64,000 nt of DNA from Longimicrobiales bacterium (GTDB lineage Bacteria; Gemmatimonadota; Gemmatimonadetes; Longimicrobiales; Gaopeijiaceae), in assembly GCA_965116905.1 (NCBI GenBank), contig OZ220732.1, forward strand, positions 2,848,001-2,912,000, given 5' to 3'. Below are positions 7,213-17,185 of the stretch, one piece after another. The position numbers were made by a program, and so were the translations under genes. The notes below the pieces were generated by a model. It saw only the letters and a program-made list of their open reading frames with translations. It was not told the DNA's origin and ran no database searches. Positions within the stretch are counted from its first letter, which is position 1. Each line of letters starts with the position of its first letter.

Positions 7213-9906
7213 ATGACGTCCCTCGAAATCCGACGCAGATTCCTCGAGTTCTTCCGGGGTCACGGCCACCAGGTCCGTCCGAGTTCGTCGCTCGTGCCCG
7301 CCAACGACCCGACGCTGCTTTTCACCAACGCCGGAATGGTGCAGTTCAAGGATGCGTTTCTGGGGACCGAGACCCCTTCCTTTGTGAGGGCCGTCACCTC
7401 CCAGAAGTGTGTGCGCGCGGGGGGGAAGCACAACGATCTCGAAGAGGTGGGCCGCACGGCCAGGCATCACACGTTCTTCGAGATGCTGGGCAACTTTTCG
7501 TTCGGCGACTACTTCAAGCGTGAGGCCATTGGGTACGCCTGGGACTTCCTGACGGTCGAGATGGCACTGGACGTGGACCGTCTCTTCGTCACGGTCCACC
7601 ACACCGACGACGAGGCGGCCGAACTCTGGGCCGAAGTGGCCGGGGTACCGCCCGAACGGATCTACCGGCTGGGGGACAAGGACAACTTCTGGCAGATGGC
7701 CGACACGGGTCCCTGCGGGCCCTGCTCCGAGGTGCACTACGACATGCGCCCCCCCGACGAGCTCGGGTCAGTGCTCCCGACAGCCGAATTCGAGGCGCGC
7801 GGAGAGGCGGGCGAGTTCCTGGAGCTTTGGAACCTGGTCTTCATGCAGTTTGACCGGGACGAAAACGGGGTCCAGCATCCCCTTCCGGCCCCGAGCATCG
7901 ATACCGGGCTGGGGCTCGAGCGCCTGGCGGCGGTCATGCAGGGTGTCGGGAGCAACTACCACACCGACCTGTTCCTGCCCCTGCTCGACGAGGTCGCGGG
8001 GGTGGTCGGGCGCCCGTACGGCAAGGATACCGAAGAAGGGGTCTCGTTCCGTGTGATTGCCGATCACGCGCGGGCGGTCGCATTCCTCCTGGCCGATGGC
8101 GTCTTTCCGTCGAACGATGGTCGCGGATACGTGCTGAGGCGGATCCTGCGGCGTGGTGTGCGCCACGCGTGGCTCCTGGGCCGGCGCGAGCCCACGCTCG
8201 CGGCCGTGGCCCGGGTGGTGATCGATGAAATGGGCGAGGCCTACCCGGAGCTCGTGGCGGGCCGTGACGGGATTCTGACCATGGCGGGCGCCGAAGAAGA
8301 GCGCTTCCTGGGCACCATCGAGGGGGGCATGGACAGGCTGGGTCACGTGGCGCCCAGGCTGTCCGCCACCCCTGTGACGCGCCCGGTGATCCCCGGCGCC
8401 GAGGTGTTCCGGCTGTATGACACGTTCGGCTTCCCGGCCGACCTGACCCGCATCGTGGCGGACGAACGGGGCTACGATCTCGACATGGAGGGATTCCGGG
8501 CGGCGCTCGAAGCGCAGCGGAAGAGGTCGCGAATGGGAGCAGGAGCGGGTACCGCGGCGGCCTCGGCCCTTGACCATGGCGATTCGGCCGACAGGGAATC
8601 CGACGGCTGCCCGCCGCCCCCGTGGCACATGCCGGAGGGCTGTCCGGCCCCGAGGTTCGTGGGATACGATGCGCTTGTCGCCGATACCGACGTGATCGAC
8701 TACTGTGCCGGGGATGGCCGGTTGAGTCTCATTCTGCAGGACCGTCCCTTCTATCTAGAAGCCGGTGGCCAGGTGTCCGACCGCGGCCGGGTATCGGCTG
8801 CGGGATGGAGCATGGACGTGGAGGAGATCGTCCGCGATGGCGACCACGTACTCATCCGCGGCCGGCCCGAGGGTCGGTTTCCCGGTGAAGAAGCACTCGG
8901 CCGCCGGGTCTCCGCTCAGGTCGATGCCGCTTCGCGCCGCGACACCGAGCGCAATCACACCGGAACCCACCTCCTTCACGCTGCCCTGCGGTCGGTTCTG
9001 GGACAGCACGTCGTTCAGCGCGGTTCGCTTGTCGCACCCGACCGGCTCAGGTTCGATTTCGCGCACACGGCGCCCCTGACGGAGGCCGAGATCGACGCCG
9101 TCGAGGCGATGGTCAACGAAGGCGTCTGGCTCAATCACCCGGTGCGCACCTCCATTCGACCGTACGAGGCCGCCGTCCGGGACGGGGCGATGGCGCTCTT
9201 CGGCGAGAAGTACGCCGACGAAGTGCGCGTGGTCGAGGTGCCCGGGGTGAGCATGGAGCTGTGTGGCGGGACGCACGTCGCCCGCACGGGGGAGATCGGG
9301 CTCTTCAAGATCACATCGGAGACGGGCGTGGGCGGAGGAGTCAGGCGGATCGAGGCACTGACGGGCCGCGGGGCGTTCGCGCATCTGGACGGCTACCGCG
9401 ATCGCATCGTGGCGCTGGCGGCGTCCGTGAAGTCCATGCCGGACAACGTGGAGCGGCGCGTCGGGGAGCTCCTGAGGGACAAGCAGGCGCTGGAACGCCT
9501 GGTGGACGACCTTCGCAGCCATGGCGCGGGTGGCGCCGATGCGCTGGCCGAGACGGAGTTCGAGGTTGACGGGGGTCGCCTGAAATACCGGGGTGTGCGC
9601 CTGAGCGTGCGCGGGCCCGCCGACGTGCGAAAGTGGGGCGACGCGTTTCGGGCGTCGGACGATGCCGGGGTGGCGCTGGTGGTGGCCGAGATGCCGGGAG
9701 GCAAGCTGTCCCTGTTCGCGTTCGCAAGTGACCGCGCGATCGCGGCCGGAGCGCGGGCCGACAAGGTGGTGCGCGCGGTGGCGGCCGCGGTGGGGGGCAG
9801 CGGTGGCGGAAGGCCGCACATGGCCCAGGCCGGAGTGCCTGATCCGGCGGGGATCGCGGCAGCGGTCCGTGATGGCGCGAAGGTGATCGACGAGCTGGTG
9901 CAATGA
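7213..9906 (+). CDS. alaS: Alanine--tRNA ligase
   Basis: LLFTNAGMVQFK, HHTFFEMLGNFSFGDYFK, DTGLGLERL, editing-domain HTGTH and ELCGGTH, C-terminal GGSGGGRP. Confidence 0.98.
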   Translation: MTSLEIRRRFLEFFRGHGHQVRPSSSLVPANDPTLLFTNAGMVQFKDAFLGTETPSFVRAVTSQKCVRAGGKHNDLEEVGRTARHHTFFEMLGNFSFGDYFKREAIGYAWDFLTVEMALDVDRLFVTVHHTDDEAAELWAEVAGVPPERIYRLGDKDNFWQMADTGPCGPCSEVHYDMRPPDELGSVLPTAEFEARGEAGEFLELWNLVFMQFDRDENGVQHPLPAPSIDTGLGLERLAAVMQGVGSNYHTDLFLPLLDEVAGVVGRPYGKDTEEGVSFRVIADHARAVAFLLADGVFPSNDGRGYVLRRILRRGVRHAWLLGRREPTLAAVARVVIDEMGEAYPELVAGRDGILTMAGAEEERFLGTIEGGMDRLGHVAPRLSATPVTRPVIPGAEVFRLYDTFGFPADLTRIVADERGYDLDMEGFRAALEAQRKRSRMGAGAGTAAASALDHGDSADRESDGCPPPPWHMPEGCPAPRFVGYDALVADTDVIDYCAGDGRLSLILQDRPFYLEAGGQVSDRGRVSAAGWSMDVEEIVRDGDHVLIRGRPEGRFPGEEALGRRVSAQVDAASRRDTERNHTGTHLLHAALRSVLGQHVVQRGSLVAPDRLRFDFAHTAPLTEAEIDAVEAMVNEGVWLNHPVRTSIRPYEAAVRDGAMALFGEKYADEVRVVEVPGVSMELCGGTHVARTGEIGLFKITSETGVGGGVRRIEALTGRGAFAHLDGYRDRIVALAASVKSMPDNVERRVGELLRDKQALERLVDDLRSHGAGGADALAETEFEVDGGRLKYRGVRLSVRGPADVRKWGDAFRASDDAGVALVVAEMPGGKLSLFAFASDRAIAAGARADKVVRAVAAAVGGSGGGRPHMAQAGVPDPAGIAAAVRDGAKVIDELVQ

Positions 9907-10208
9907 CCGGTGGCATGACGATTCCGGAGTGGATTGCGCAGCGCGAACGTCGGGTGCCGGACGCGTTTCAGTTCTGCCTGCAGGCCGACGCCCCGGCTTC
10001 CCTGGCGACCCTCGTCCACGCGGCGGACGCGGAGCTGGCCGCGTACGGCGATGCCAGCGATCGCACTGCCGCGTACGCACTGCTGGCGGCAGACGCGTAC
10101 ATCACGTACGCTTGTCTCTGGGCGGTGCTGGAAGAGGATGATCGCGGTGTCTTGCGTGAGGTGGCGGAGCGGGTGGTGCGTGGCTGGGATGTCGGGGATC
10201 GGAGATGA
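9903..10208 (+). CDS. Hypothetical protein
   Basis: Overlaps the alaS stop and the next start (ATGA coupling at both ends). Helical ALLAADAYITYAC core. Confidence 0.65.
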   Translation: MTGGMTIPEWIAQRERRVPDAFQFCLQADAPASLATLVHAADAELAAYGDASDRTAAYALLAADAYITYACLWAVLEEDDRGVLREVAERVVRGWDVGDRR

Positions 10209-11008
10209 CCGGGGGTTACTCGGACTTTCACAACCATCTCGTCCCCGGGGTCGACGACGGCTCACGCAGTTTGGCCGACGCCCTGCATTCGATTGAACGC
10301 ATGGTCGAGGCAGGAGTCGTCCGGATCATCACGACCCCGCATTTTCGGGCTTCTTCGCTTGAGTCGCCCCTGCTGGGCGACCTGATGGCACACCACGACG
10401 AGCGCTGGCGGAGCGTCCGGGATGCCGCGTGTGACGCTTTCCCGGAGCTGGACCTCCGCAGGGGATTCGAGATTCGCCTCGACATTCCCGAGCCGGATCT
10501 GTCCGATCGCAGAACCCGGCTGGGCGGTACACGCTTCGTGCTGGTGGAGTGGCCCGCGTTCCGAGTGCCCCGCAACGGGTCCGAAGTCCTGAAGAGGCTG
10601 GTGGCATCGGATTGCGTTCCGGTGGTCGCCCATCCGGAGCGCTACCGCGGACTCGGTCGCGGGTTGGGGGCGGCGCACGCGTGGAAGAAGGCGGGAGCCC
10701 GGCTTCAGGGGAACTACGGCTCCCTTTCCGGACAGTACGGACACGAGCCGAGGGATCGGATCATGAGATTGCTCGGCGCGGGCATGCTCGACTATCTGTC
10801 CTCCGACTTCCACGGGCGCCCGGAGTACACCTTCTACATGGACCAGGGCGTGGAGGTGTTGCGGCAATGGGGTGGGGAAGAGCAACTGCAATTGCTTGCG
10901 CGGGATAACCCGGCGCGGCTGTTCCGGGGAGAGTCCCCGCGCGCGGTCCCGCCGCTCCGGGTTCCGGAAGCGTTCAAGCAAAAAACGGGAGGTGGGGTCG
11001 ATGGGTAG
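10205..11008 (+). CDS. PHP-family tyrosine-protein phosphatase (CpsB/CapC/YwqE-like)
   Basis: DFHNHLVPGVDDGS, TTPH, AHPERY, SSDFHG motifs. Confidence 0.9.
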   Translation: MTGGYSDFHNHLVPGVDDGSRSLADALHSIERMVEAGVVRIITTPHFRASSLESPLLGDLMAHHDERWRSVRDAACDAFPELDLRRGFEIRLDIPEPDLSDRRTRLGGTRFVLVEWPAFRVPRNGSEVLKRLVASDCVPVVAHPERYRGLGRGLGAAHAWKKAGARLQGNYGSLSGQYGHEPRDRIMRLLGAGMLDYLSSDFHGRPEYTFYMDQGVEVLRQWGGEEQLQLLARDNPARLFRGESPRAVPPLRVPEAFKQKTGGGVDG

Positions 11009-11627
11009 AGTGGGCATACGTTCCGGGTTGTCGGAACTCGCGACGGTCGCCGGCCTGGCGGCAGAGACACTGCAGGAGGAGATCACGGAGTACGCGACCC
11101 GTGCGTTGACAGCCGTCGCGGACGGAAACAAGCTGATGTTCTGTGGGAACGGGGGTTCGGCGGCCGACGCCCAGCACCTCGCTGCCGAATACGTGGTGCG
11201 GATGGCCTGGACGCGGCCGGCCCTCCCCGCGCTGGCGCTGACGGCGGATACGTCCGTTCTGACCGCATGCGCCAACGACCGCGGATTTGACGAGGTGTTC
11301 GCGCGCCAGGTCGCTGCCTTGGGCAGACCCGGTGACCTTCTCGTGATACACTCGGTATCGGGAGATTCGGTCAACCTGGTCATGGCGACCGCTCAGGCTC
11401 GGCGCAGAGGTGTCGCAACCGTCGGTCTTCTGGGTAGCGGCGGTGGCCAACTCGCCGCCCTGGTCGATGTTGCCGTCCGCGTACCCACGGAGCGAGTTTC
11501 CCGGGCACAGGAGGTACAACTTGCGATTGGACACATCGTTTGCCGCTACGTGGAAGAGTCCCTCTTCGGAGACGTGGCCACCCATACCGAAGATCCGTTC
11601 GACTCCCAGGCTCTGCTAGGCCCGTGA
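11001..11627 (+). CDS. gmhA: Phosphoheptose isomerase (SIS domain)
   Basis: CGNGGSAADAQHLAAE, TACANDRGFDEVFARQ, SVSGDS, RAQE motifs. Confidence 0.92.
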   Translation: MGRVGIRSGLSELATVAGLAAETLQEEITEYATRALTAVADGNKLMFCGNGGSAADAQHLAAEYVVRMAWTRPALPALALTADTSVLTACANDRGFDEVFARQVAALGRPGDLLVIHSVSGDSVNLVMATAQARRRGVATVGLLGSGGGQLAALVDVAVRVPTERVSRAQEVQLAIGHIVCRYVEESLFGDVATHTEDPFDSQALLGP

Positions 11628-12391
11628 ACGCAACCGAGTTCGGACTGGAAGGCAAGCGTGCGCTGGTGACCGGCGGCTCGCGCGGCGTGGGGGCTGCGGC
11701 CGTACGGCTGCTCGCGGGTGCCGGTGCCGACGTGGGCATCTCATACCACAGCCGCAGCGACGAGGCGGACCGCGTGGTGCGGGAGGCCAGGGCCATGGGT
11801 GTCAGGAGCTGGGCCGAAGGTGGCGACATCGCCGACCGGGATGCCGTGGACCGTCTCTTCAGCCGCGTGGACCGGGAGTTCGGCAGCCTCGACATCTTTG
11901 TCGGCAATGCCGGCATCTGGCCGGTCGCGGACGTGCCGCTTTCACAGATGGACGATGCGCGCTGGCGGCGTACCATCGCGGTCAACCTGGATTCGGTCTT
12001 CTTTACGACCCGCGAGGCATTGCGCCGCATGAACGACGACGGGCGCGTGATCCTGGTGAGCTCCACCGCCGGACAGCGCGGCGAGGCCTACCATTCCGAC
12101 TACGCCGCCACGAAGGGCGCGATGATCTCGATGGTGAAGGGTCTCTGCGTGGAAGTCGGCTCCAGAGGCATTACGGTCAACTCGGTAGCGCCCGGCTGGA
12201 TCGACACCGAGATGTCCCAGGACGCGCTGGGCAGCGGGGACCGCGCCAGGATCGAGGCGGACATTCCCATCGGCAGGGTCGCGACGGCGGAGGATGTCGC
12301 GGGACCGATCGTGCTGTTGTGCTCGCCGCTGGCACGCCACATCACGGGCGAGATTCTCAACGTTAACGGAGGAGCAGTACTCGTCGGGTGA
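11624..12391 (+). CDS. SDR family NAD(P)-dependent oxidoreductase
   Basis: TGGSRGVG, GNAG, catalytic YAATK, VAPGWIDT. GTG start overlaps the gmhA stop. Confidence 0.92.
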   Translation: MNATEFGLEGKRALVTGGSRGVGAAAVRLLAGAGADVGISYHSRSDEADRVVREARAMGVRSWAEGGDIADRDAVDRLFSRVDREFGSLDIFVGNAGIWPVADVPLSQMDDARWRRTIAVNLDSVFFTTREALRRMNDDGRVILVSSTAGQRGEAYHSDYAATKGAMISMVKGLCVEVGSRGITVNSVAPGWIDTEMSQDALGSGDRARIEADIPIGRVATAEDVAGPIVLLCSPLARHITGEILNVNGGAVLVG

Positions 12392-12447
12392 CGGGCATGA
12401 CCGAGCGGAAGGTGCTCCCCGTTCGGTCCCGCGAGTCTGCTGGACGA

Positions 12448-13710
12448 ATGAGCATGCGAATCGAGGTACCGCCTGCCGTTTGCGAAATGGTCGAACGCCT
12501 GGAGACGGCCGGGTTCGAGACGTGGACGGTGGGAGGCGCCATCCGGGACGCGGTGCGTGGCAACCCGGGAGAGCCCGAGGACTGGGACCTGGCGACCCGG
12601 GCGCGCCCCCGGCAGGTACGGCGTCTCTTTGCACGCACGGTCCCGCTGGGCATGGAATACGGGACGGTGGGCGTCTTCGGGAGCGACGGCATCCTCTACG
12701 AGGTCACCACCTTTCGACACGATGTGATCACCTACGGACGCAAGGCGGTCGTCGCCTTTGCCGAAAGCCTCCTTGATGACCTTGCCCGGCGGGACTTCAC
12801 CATCAACGCCATGGCATGGCATCCTGGACAGCAGAGGCTGTGCGACCCCCACGGTGGGCGCAAGGATCTGGAACGTGGGATCCTGCGGGCGGTGGGTACG
12901 CCATCCGAGCGCTTCCGGGAGGACTATCTCCGTGTGCTCCGGGGGTTGCGCTTTGCCGGAGCACCGGGATTCGAGGTCGAGCCCGCCACCTGGGCGGGAA
13001 TGGTGGAAGCGGCACCGGGGATATCGAAGCTCTCGGTCGAGCGCATACGCGAGGAGCTGATGAAGGTCCTGGCCGGACCGAGCCCTTCCCGGGCGCTGGA
13101 CCTGTATCGGCGCTGCGGCGCCATGGCGCAGGTCTTCCCCGAGATTGCGCGCCCCTTTGGCGCTGATGCCCTGGCCGCGGTGGACGCCGTGGGGGGGAAT
13201 CCGGCCGTGCGGTTGACCATCCTGTTGCTGCACGGTCTGGGCGTCGCCGCGCCCCTCCCGGAGGTGTCGAACCTCGTGGCACGCCTCCGCTTTTCCAACA
13301 GCGAGGTGGAGCGGATCCGCCTGACGTTCAGTGGCGGCCTGAGGCCACCGGAGGGACTGGAGCACGACGCAGCGGCTCGCAGGCGATGGACGTCGCCATT
13401 CGGGGCCGCGGCGATTGGCGACGTCTTCCGGGTGTGGCGCGCTGTGGAAAGGACCGGTGCGGTCCGTGACGCAACGGTCGAGCGCACCATCGCGGCCATC
13501 GAGCGGGACATTCGGCAGGGGGTCCCGCTGTCGATACGGGAGCTGGATGTTGCAGGTCGCGACCTCGTGGCGCTCGGATGGCAGCCGGGCCCCGACATCG
13601 GGAACGCGCTGCGCCAACTGCTGGAGGCGGTGTGGGAGGAGGCCGTGCCGAACGACCACGCGCAGCTGCTCGCTCTGGCGGCACGCATGGATCCGGCCGG
13701 AGGCACCTGA
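12448..13710 (+). CDS. cca: Class II CCA-adding tRNA nucleotidyltransferase
   Basis: VGGAIRD, DWD, DLARRDFTINAM, EDYLRVLRGLRF, SVERIREEL. Start uncertain (12388-12454). Confidence 0.9.
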   Translation: MSMRIEVPPAVCEMVERLETAGFETWTVGGAIRDAVRGNPGEPEDWDLATRARPRQVRRLFARTVPLGMEYGTVGVFGSDGILYEVTTFRHDVITYGRKAVVAFAESLLDDLARRDFTINAMAWHPGQQRLCDPHGGRKDLERGILRAVGTPSERFREDYLRVLRGLRFAGAPGFEVEPATWAGMVEAAPGISKLSVERIREELMKVLAGPSPSRALDLYRRCGAMAQVFPEIARPFGADALAAVDAVGGNPAVRLTILLLHGLGVAAPLPEVSNLVARLRFSNSEVERIRLTFSGGLRPPEGLEHDAAARRRWTSPFGAAAIGDVFRVWRAVERTGAVRDATVERTIAAIERDIRQGVPLSIRELDVAGRDLVALGWQPGPDIGNALRQLLEAVWEEAVPNDHAQLLALAARMDPAGGT

Positions 13711-15071
13711 TGGACAAGACGTTCGATCTGTTCCCGGATGCGGCCACCTCCGGCCGGGCGCAGGGTGGGGATCCGGCCGGTCCGGGGCAGGCGGGACGGT
13801 CCGCACCGCTGGCCGCGCGGATGCGGCCGCGAACGCTGGCGGAGTTCCGTGGCCAGGAGCAGGTCGTCGGACCGGGTGGTTCCGTCCGCACGATGATCGA
13901 CAACGGAAAGATCGACAGCTTCATTCTCTGGGGACCGCCGGGCTCGGGAAAGACGACACTGGCCAGACTGGCCGCGGAGTCCGTCGAGGCTGCCTTCGTC
14001 TCCTTCAGCGCGGTGACCGAGGGCGTGGCGAGGGTGCGCGAGATCATTGCCGAGGCAACTGCCCGCCGCCAGGCCGGCGGCCGCGCGACGATCCTCTTCT
14101 GCGACGAGATCCACCGGTTCAACAAGGCCCAGCAGGACGCGTTCCTGCCGGTAGTGGAAGCGGGTGTCATCACCCTGATAGGCGCCACGACCGAGAACCC
14201 CAGCTTCGAGGTGGTGCGGCCCCTCCTTTCCCGTGCTCCGGTCGTGGTGCTTGCGCCGCTCTCACGGGGCGAGCTGGTGCAGGTTCTTCATGACGCGCTC
14301 CACGACGGAGAGCGGGGATTCGGTGAAGCCGGGCTAGTCGCACCCACGGAGGTCGTGCGGCGTATCGCCGAGTTCGCGGACGGCGATGCAAGGCGCGCGC
14401 TGGGCATCCTCGAGCGCGCGGTGGCGGTGTGCGGGGCTGGCGGCACGCTGTCCACCGAAGCGGTCGAGACCGCGATGCAACACCGCTTCGCCGTATACGA
14501 CAAATCCGGCGACCAGCACTACGATCACATCTCGGCCCTTCACAAGTCGGTGCGCGGAGGGGATCCGGATGCTGCGCTCTACTGGCTTGGCCGAATGCTC
14601 GACGCCGGCGAGGATCCCCTGTACATCGCGCGACGCCTGGTACGCATGGCCGCCGAGGACATCGGTCTCGCCAATCCGTCCGCGCTCGCGGTGACGGTGG
14701 CCTGCCGCGACGCGTATCGGTTTCTGGGCTCGCCCGAAGGGGAGCTGGCCCTCGCGCAGGCCGTGGTGTACCTGGCCGGCAGCCCGAAGTCCAACCGTCT
14801 CTACAAGGGGTGGAGCAAGGCGCTGGCGCGTGCGAGAGAGACGCCTGGCGAAGCCGTGCCGATGCACCTCCGCAACGCCCCCACCGGGCTGATGAAGGAA
14901 CTTGGCCACGGAGAGGGGTATCTTTACGATCCGGAACAACCGGGGGGCGTGTCTCGTCAGCAATACCTGCCGGAGCGGTTGATCGGCGAGACGTTCTACA
15001 ACCCCGGCCCAAAGGGCTGGGAGGCCGACCTGGACAGGCGGCTTTCCGAATGGCGGCAACAGAGGAGATAG
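13710..15071 (+). CDS. rarA: Replication-associated recombination protein A (AAA+ ATPase MgsA/RarA)
   Basis: PLAARMRP, GPPGSGKTT, DEIHRFNKAQQD, GATTENPSF, ISALHKSVRG, PKSN, VPMHLRNAPT. Confidence 0.96.
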   Translation: MDKTFDLFPDAATSGRAQGGDPAGPGQAGRSAPLAARMRPRTLAEFRGQEQVVGPGGSVRTMIDNGKIDSFILWGPPGSGKTTLARLAAESVEAAFVSFSAVTEGVARVREIIAEATARRQAGGRATILFCDEIHRFNKAQQDAFLPVVEAGVITLIGATTENPSFEVVRPLLSRAPVVVLAPLSRGELVQVLHDALHDGERGFGEAGLVAPTEVVRRIAEFADGDARRALGILERAVAVCGAGGTLSTEAVETAMQHRFAVYDKSGDQHYDHISALHKSVRGGDPDAALYWLGRMLDAGEDPLYIARRLVRMAAEDIGLANPSALAVTVACRDAYRFLGSPEGELALAQAVVYLAGSPKSNRLYKGWSKALARARETPGEAVPMHLRNAPTGLMKELGHGEGYLYDPEQPGGVSRQQYLPERLIGETFYNPGPKGWEADLDRRLSEWRQQRR

Positions 15072-15098
15072 CGACCGATTCCGACCCAACTGCTGGAC

Positions 15099-16397
15099 AT
15101 GCGGACGCCCGTCGACCGCGCAATCCTGGTGGGCACTCCCGGCGACTCCGAGCGGGTGGAACACGTGAGAGACCATCTCGCGGAACTGGGCAAACTGACC
15201 GATACGGCCGGCGGACTGATCGCGGGCGAACTCGTGCAGCGCCGCCGGGCGCCCGGGCCACGCTACTACCTCGGGCGAGGCAAGGCCGCCGAGCTCTCGG
15301 AGCTGGTGCGCGAGAAGGACGCGAATCTGATCATCTTCGACGATGAGCTGACTCCCGCCCAGGGCAAGAACCTGGAAGAACTGTGCGGGGTGCGGGTCAT
15401 GGACCGCGCCGAGCTCATCCTCGACATCTTCGCGACCCGCGCCAGGACGCACGAGGCGCGCATGCAGGTCGAGCTGGCCCAGCTGCAATACCTCCTGCCC
15501 CGGCTCCGGCGCATGTGGATCCACCTGTCCCGCATCCGTGGGGGGATCGGGCTGCGCGGTCCCGGTGAGACGCAGCTGGAGACCGACCGCAGGCTGATCG
15601 GCACCAGGATCGCCGAACTACGGCGCAAGTTGCGCGGCGTCGCACGCGCGCAGGCCGTGCGGCGCAAGCGGCGGGAGGGGAGCTTCCGAGCCGCGCTCGT
15701 CGGCTACACGAACGCCGGGAAGTCCTCCTTGCTGCAGGCGCTGTCGGGTTCGAAGCAACTGGTGGAAGACCGGCTGTTCGCCACACTGGACGCGTCGACG
15801 CGCGTCGTCGATGTCGGGGGTGGGCATGAGGTTCTGGTCACCGATACGGTGGGGTTCATACGCAAGCTGCCCCATCATCTGATCGCATCGTTCCGGTCGA
15901 CCCTCGAGGAGGCGGTCGAGGCGGACGTGCTGCTCCACGTCATCGACGCGTCGCACCCCCAGGTCGACAGCCAGAGGCGGGTGGTGCGCGGCGTCCTTGA
16001 GGAACTCGACCTGCGCCGGCGTCCGCGCATCGTCGTGTTCAACAAGATCGATCTCCTCGGGAAGGATGAACTGCTGGCGCTGCGCAAGCGCGTCACGGCG
16101 CCCGGCCGACATCCGCTGTTCGCGTCCGCCGTCAGGCCCGCCACCCTGGAGCCACTCCGCCGGGAGTTGCGGGAGAGGGTCCGCGCCCGCATGCAGACGG
16201 TGGACGTGGAGATGCCCGCCGGAGAGGGCAGGGCCCTGGCGGCGTTGTATCACGAAGGTGAAGTCCTGTCACGCAGTCAGCACGGGAGTGTGGTGCGGGT
16301 GGTCGCGAACGCCCCGCCGGCCCTCATCGGCCGGCTCCGGTCCCGTGACGGAGTACGGGTCAAGGCACATCAATCCAACGGAGGGTCCACTCCATGA
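15099..16397 (+). CDS. hflX: Ribosome-splitting GTPase HflX
   Basis: [29 protein letters not shown]1 [23 protein letters not shown]. May start at the in-frame ATT at 15078 (see findings). Confidence 0.97.
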   Translation: MRTPVDRAILVGTPGDSERVEHVRDHLAELGKLTDTAGGLIAGELVQRRRAPGPRYYLGRGKAAELSELVREKDANLIIFDDELTPAQGKNLEELCGVRVMDRAELILDIFATRARTHEARMQVELAQLQYLLPRLRRMWIHLSRIRGGIGLRGPGETQLETDRRLIGTRIAELRRKLRGVARAQAVRRKRREGSFRAALVGYTNAGKSSLLQALSGSKQLVEDRLFATLDASTRVVDVGGGHEVLVTDTVGFIRKLPHHLIASFRSTLEEAVEADVLLHVIDASHPQVDSQRRVVRGVLEELDLRRRPRIVVFNKIDLLGKDELLALRKRVTAPGRHPLFASAVRPATLEPLRRELRERVRARMQTVDVEMPAGEGRALAALYHEGEVLSRSQHGSVVRVVANAPPALIGRLRSRDGVRVKAHQSNGGSTP

Positions 16398-17164
16398 GGC
16401 TGTATATCAACATCGACCACGTCGCGACGGTCCGTCAGGCGCGCCGCACCGACGAGCCCGATCCCGTGCGCGCCGCCGTGCTCGCGGAACTCGGCGGTGC
16501 CGACGGGATCACGATCCACCTGCGCGAGGACCGGCGGCACATCAACGACCGTGACGTTCGACTGCTGGCCGAAACCGTGCGCACCGGCATCAACTTCGAG
16601 CTCGCGGCCGCCGATCCGGTGGTCGACATCGCGGTCGCCCTGGCTCCGATGCAGGCCACGCTGGTGCCCGAAAAGCGCGAGGAGGTGACCACCGAGGGCG
16701 GTCTCAACCTGGCGTCCGCCTCGGTTCGTGACGGTGTGGCGGCCGCACTCCGGCGCCTGGAGGACGCGGGGACCCGCACGTCGCTCTTCATCGATCCGGA
16801 GCCCGCCGCGCTCGACCATTCCGCGGACCTGGGCGCGCACGCGGTCGAGCTCCATACCGGCGAGTACGCCAACGCCGGCAGCGACACCGAAAGGGCGGCC
16901 GAACTCGCCCGTCTGGCCTCCGCCGCGGAGCATGGGCACAGTCTCGGGCTGGCGATCCACGCCGGGCACGGCCTCACCTACGAGAACGTCGTGCCGGTTG
17001 CGGCCCTGCGGCACATCGAAGAGCTGAACATCGGCCACAGCGTGATTTCGCGGGCGGTGCTGGTGGGGCTCGAGCGCGCGGTTGGGGAGATGAAGGCGAT
17101 CGTACTGGGGGCACCCGGACGGGTCTCGAATCCCGGGGCGTGGGTGCCGCCGAAGGGCTTCTAG
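16394..17164 (+). CDS. pdxJ: Pyridoxine 5'-phosphate synthase
   Basis: [51 protein letters not shown]. Confidence 0.97.
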   Translation: MRLYINIDHVATVRQARRTDEPDPVRAAVLAELGGADGITIHLREDRRHINDRDVRLLAETVRTGINFELAAADPVVDIAVALAPMQATLVPEKREEVTTEGGLNLASASVRDGVAAALRRLEDAGTRTSLFIDPEPAALDHSADLGAHAVELHTGEYANAGSDTERAAELARLASAAEHGHSLGLAIHAGHGLTYENVVPVAALRHIEELNIGHSVISRAVLVGLERAVGEMKAIVLGAPGRVSNPGAWVPPKGF

Positions 17165-17185
17165 CGTCTGCCAGCGCCCCGATCC

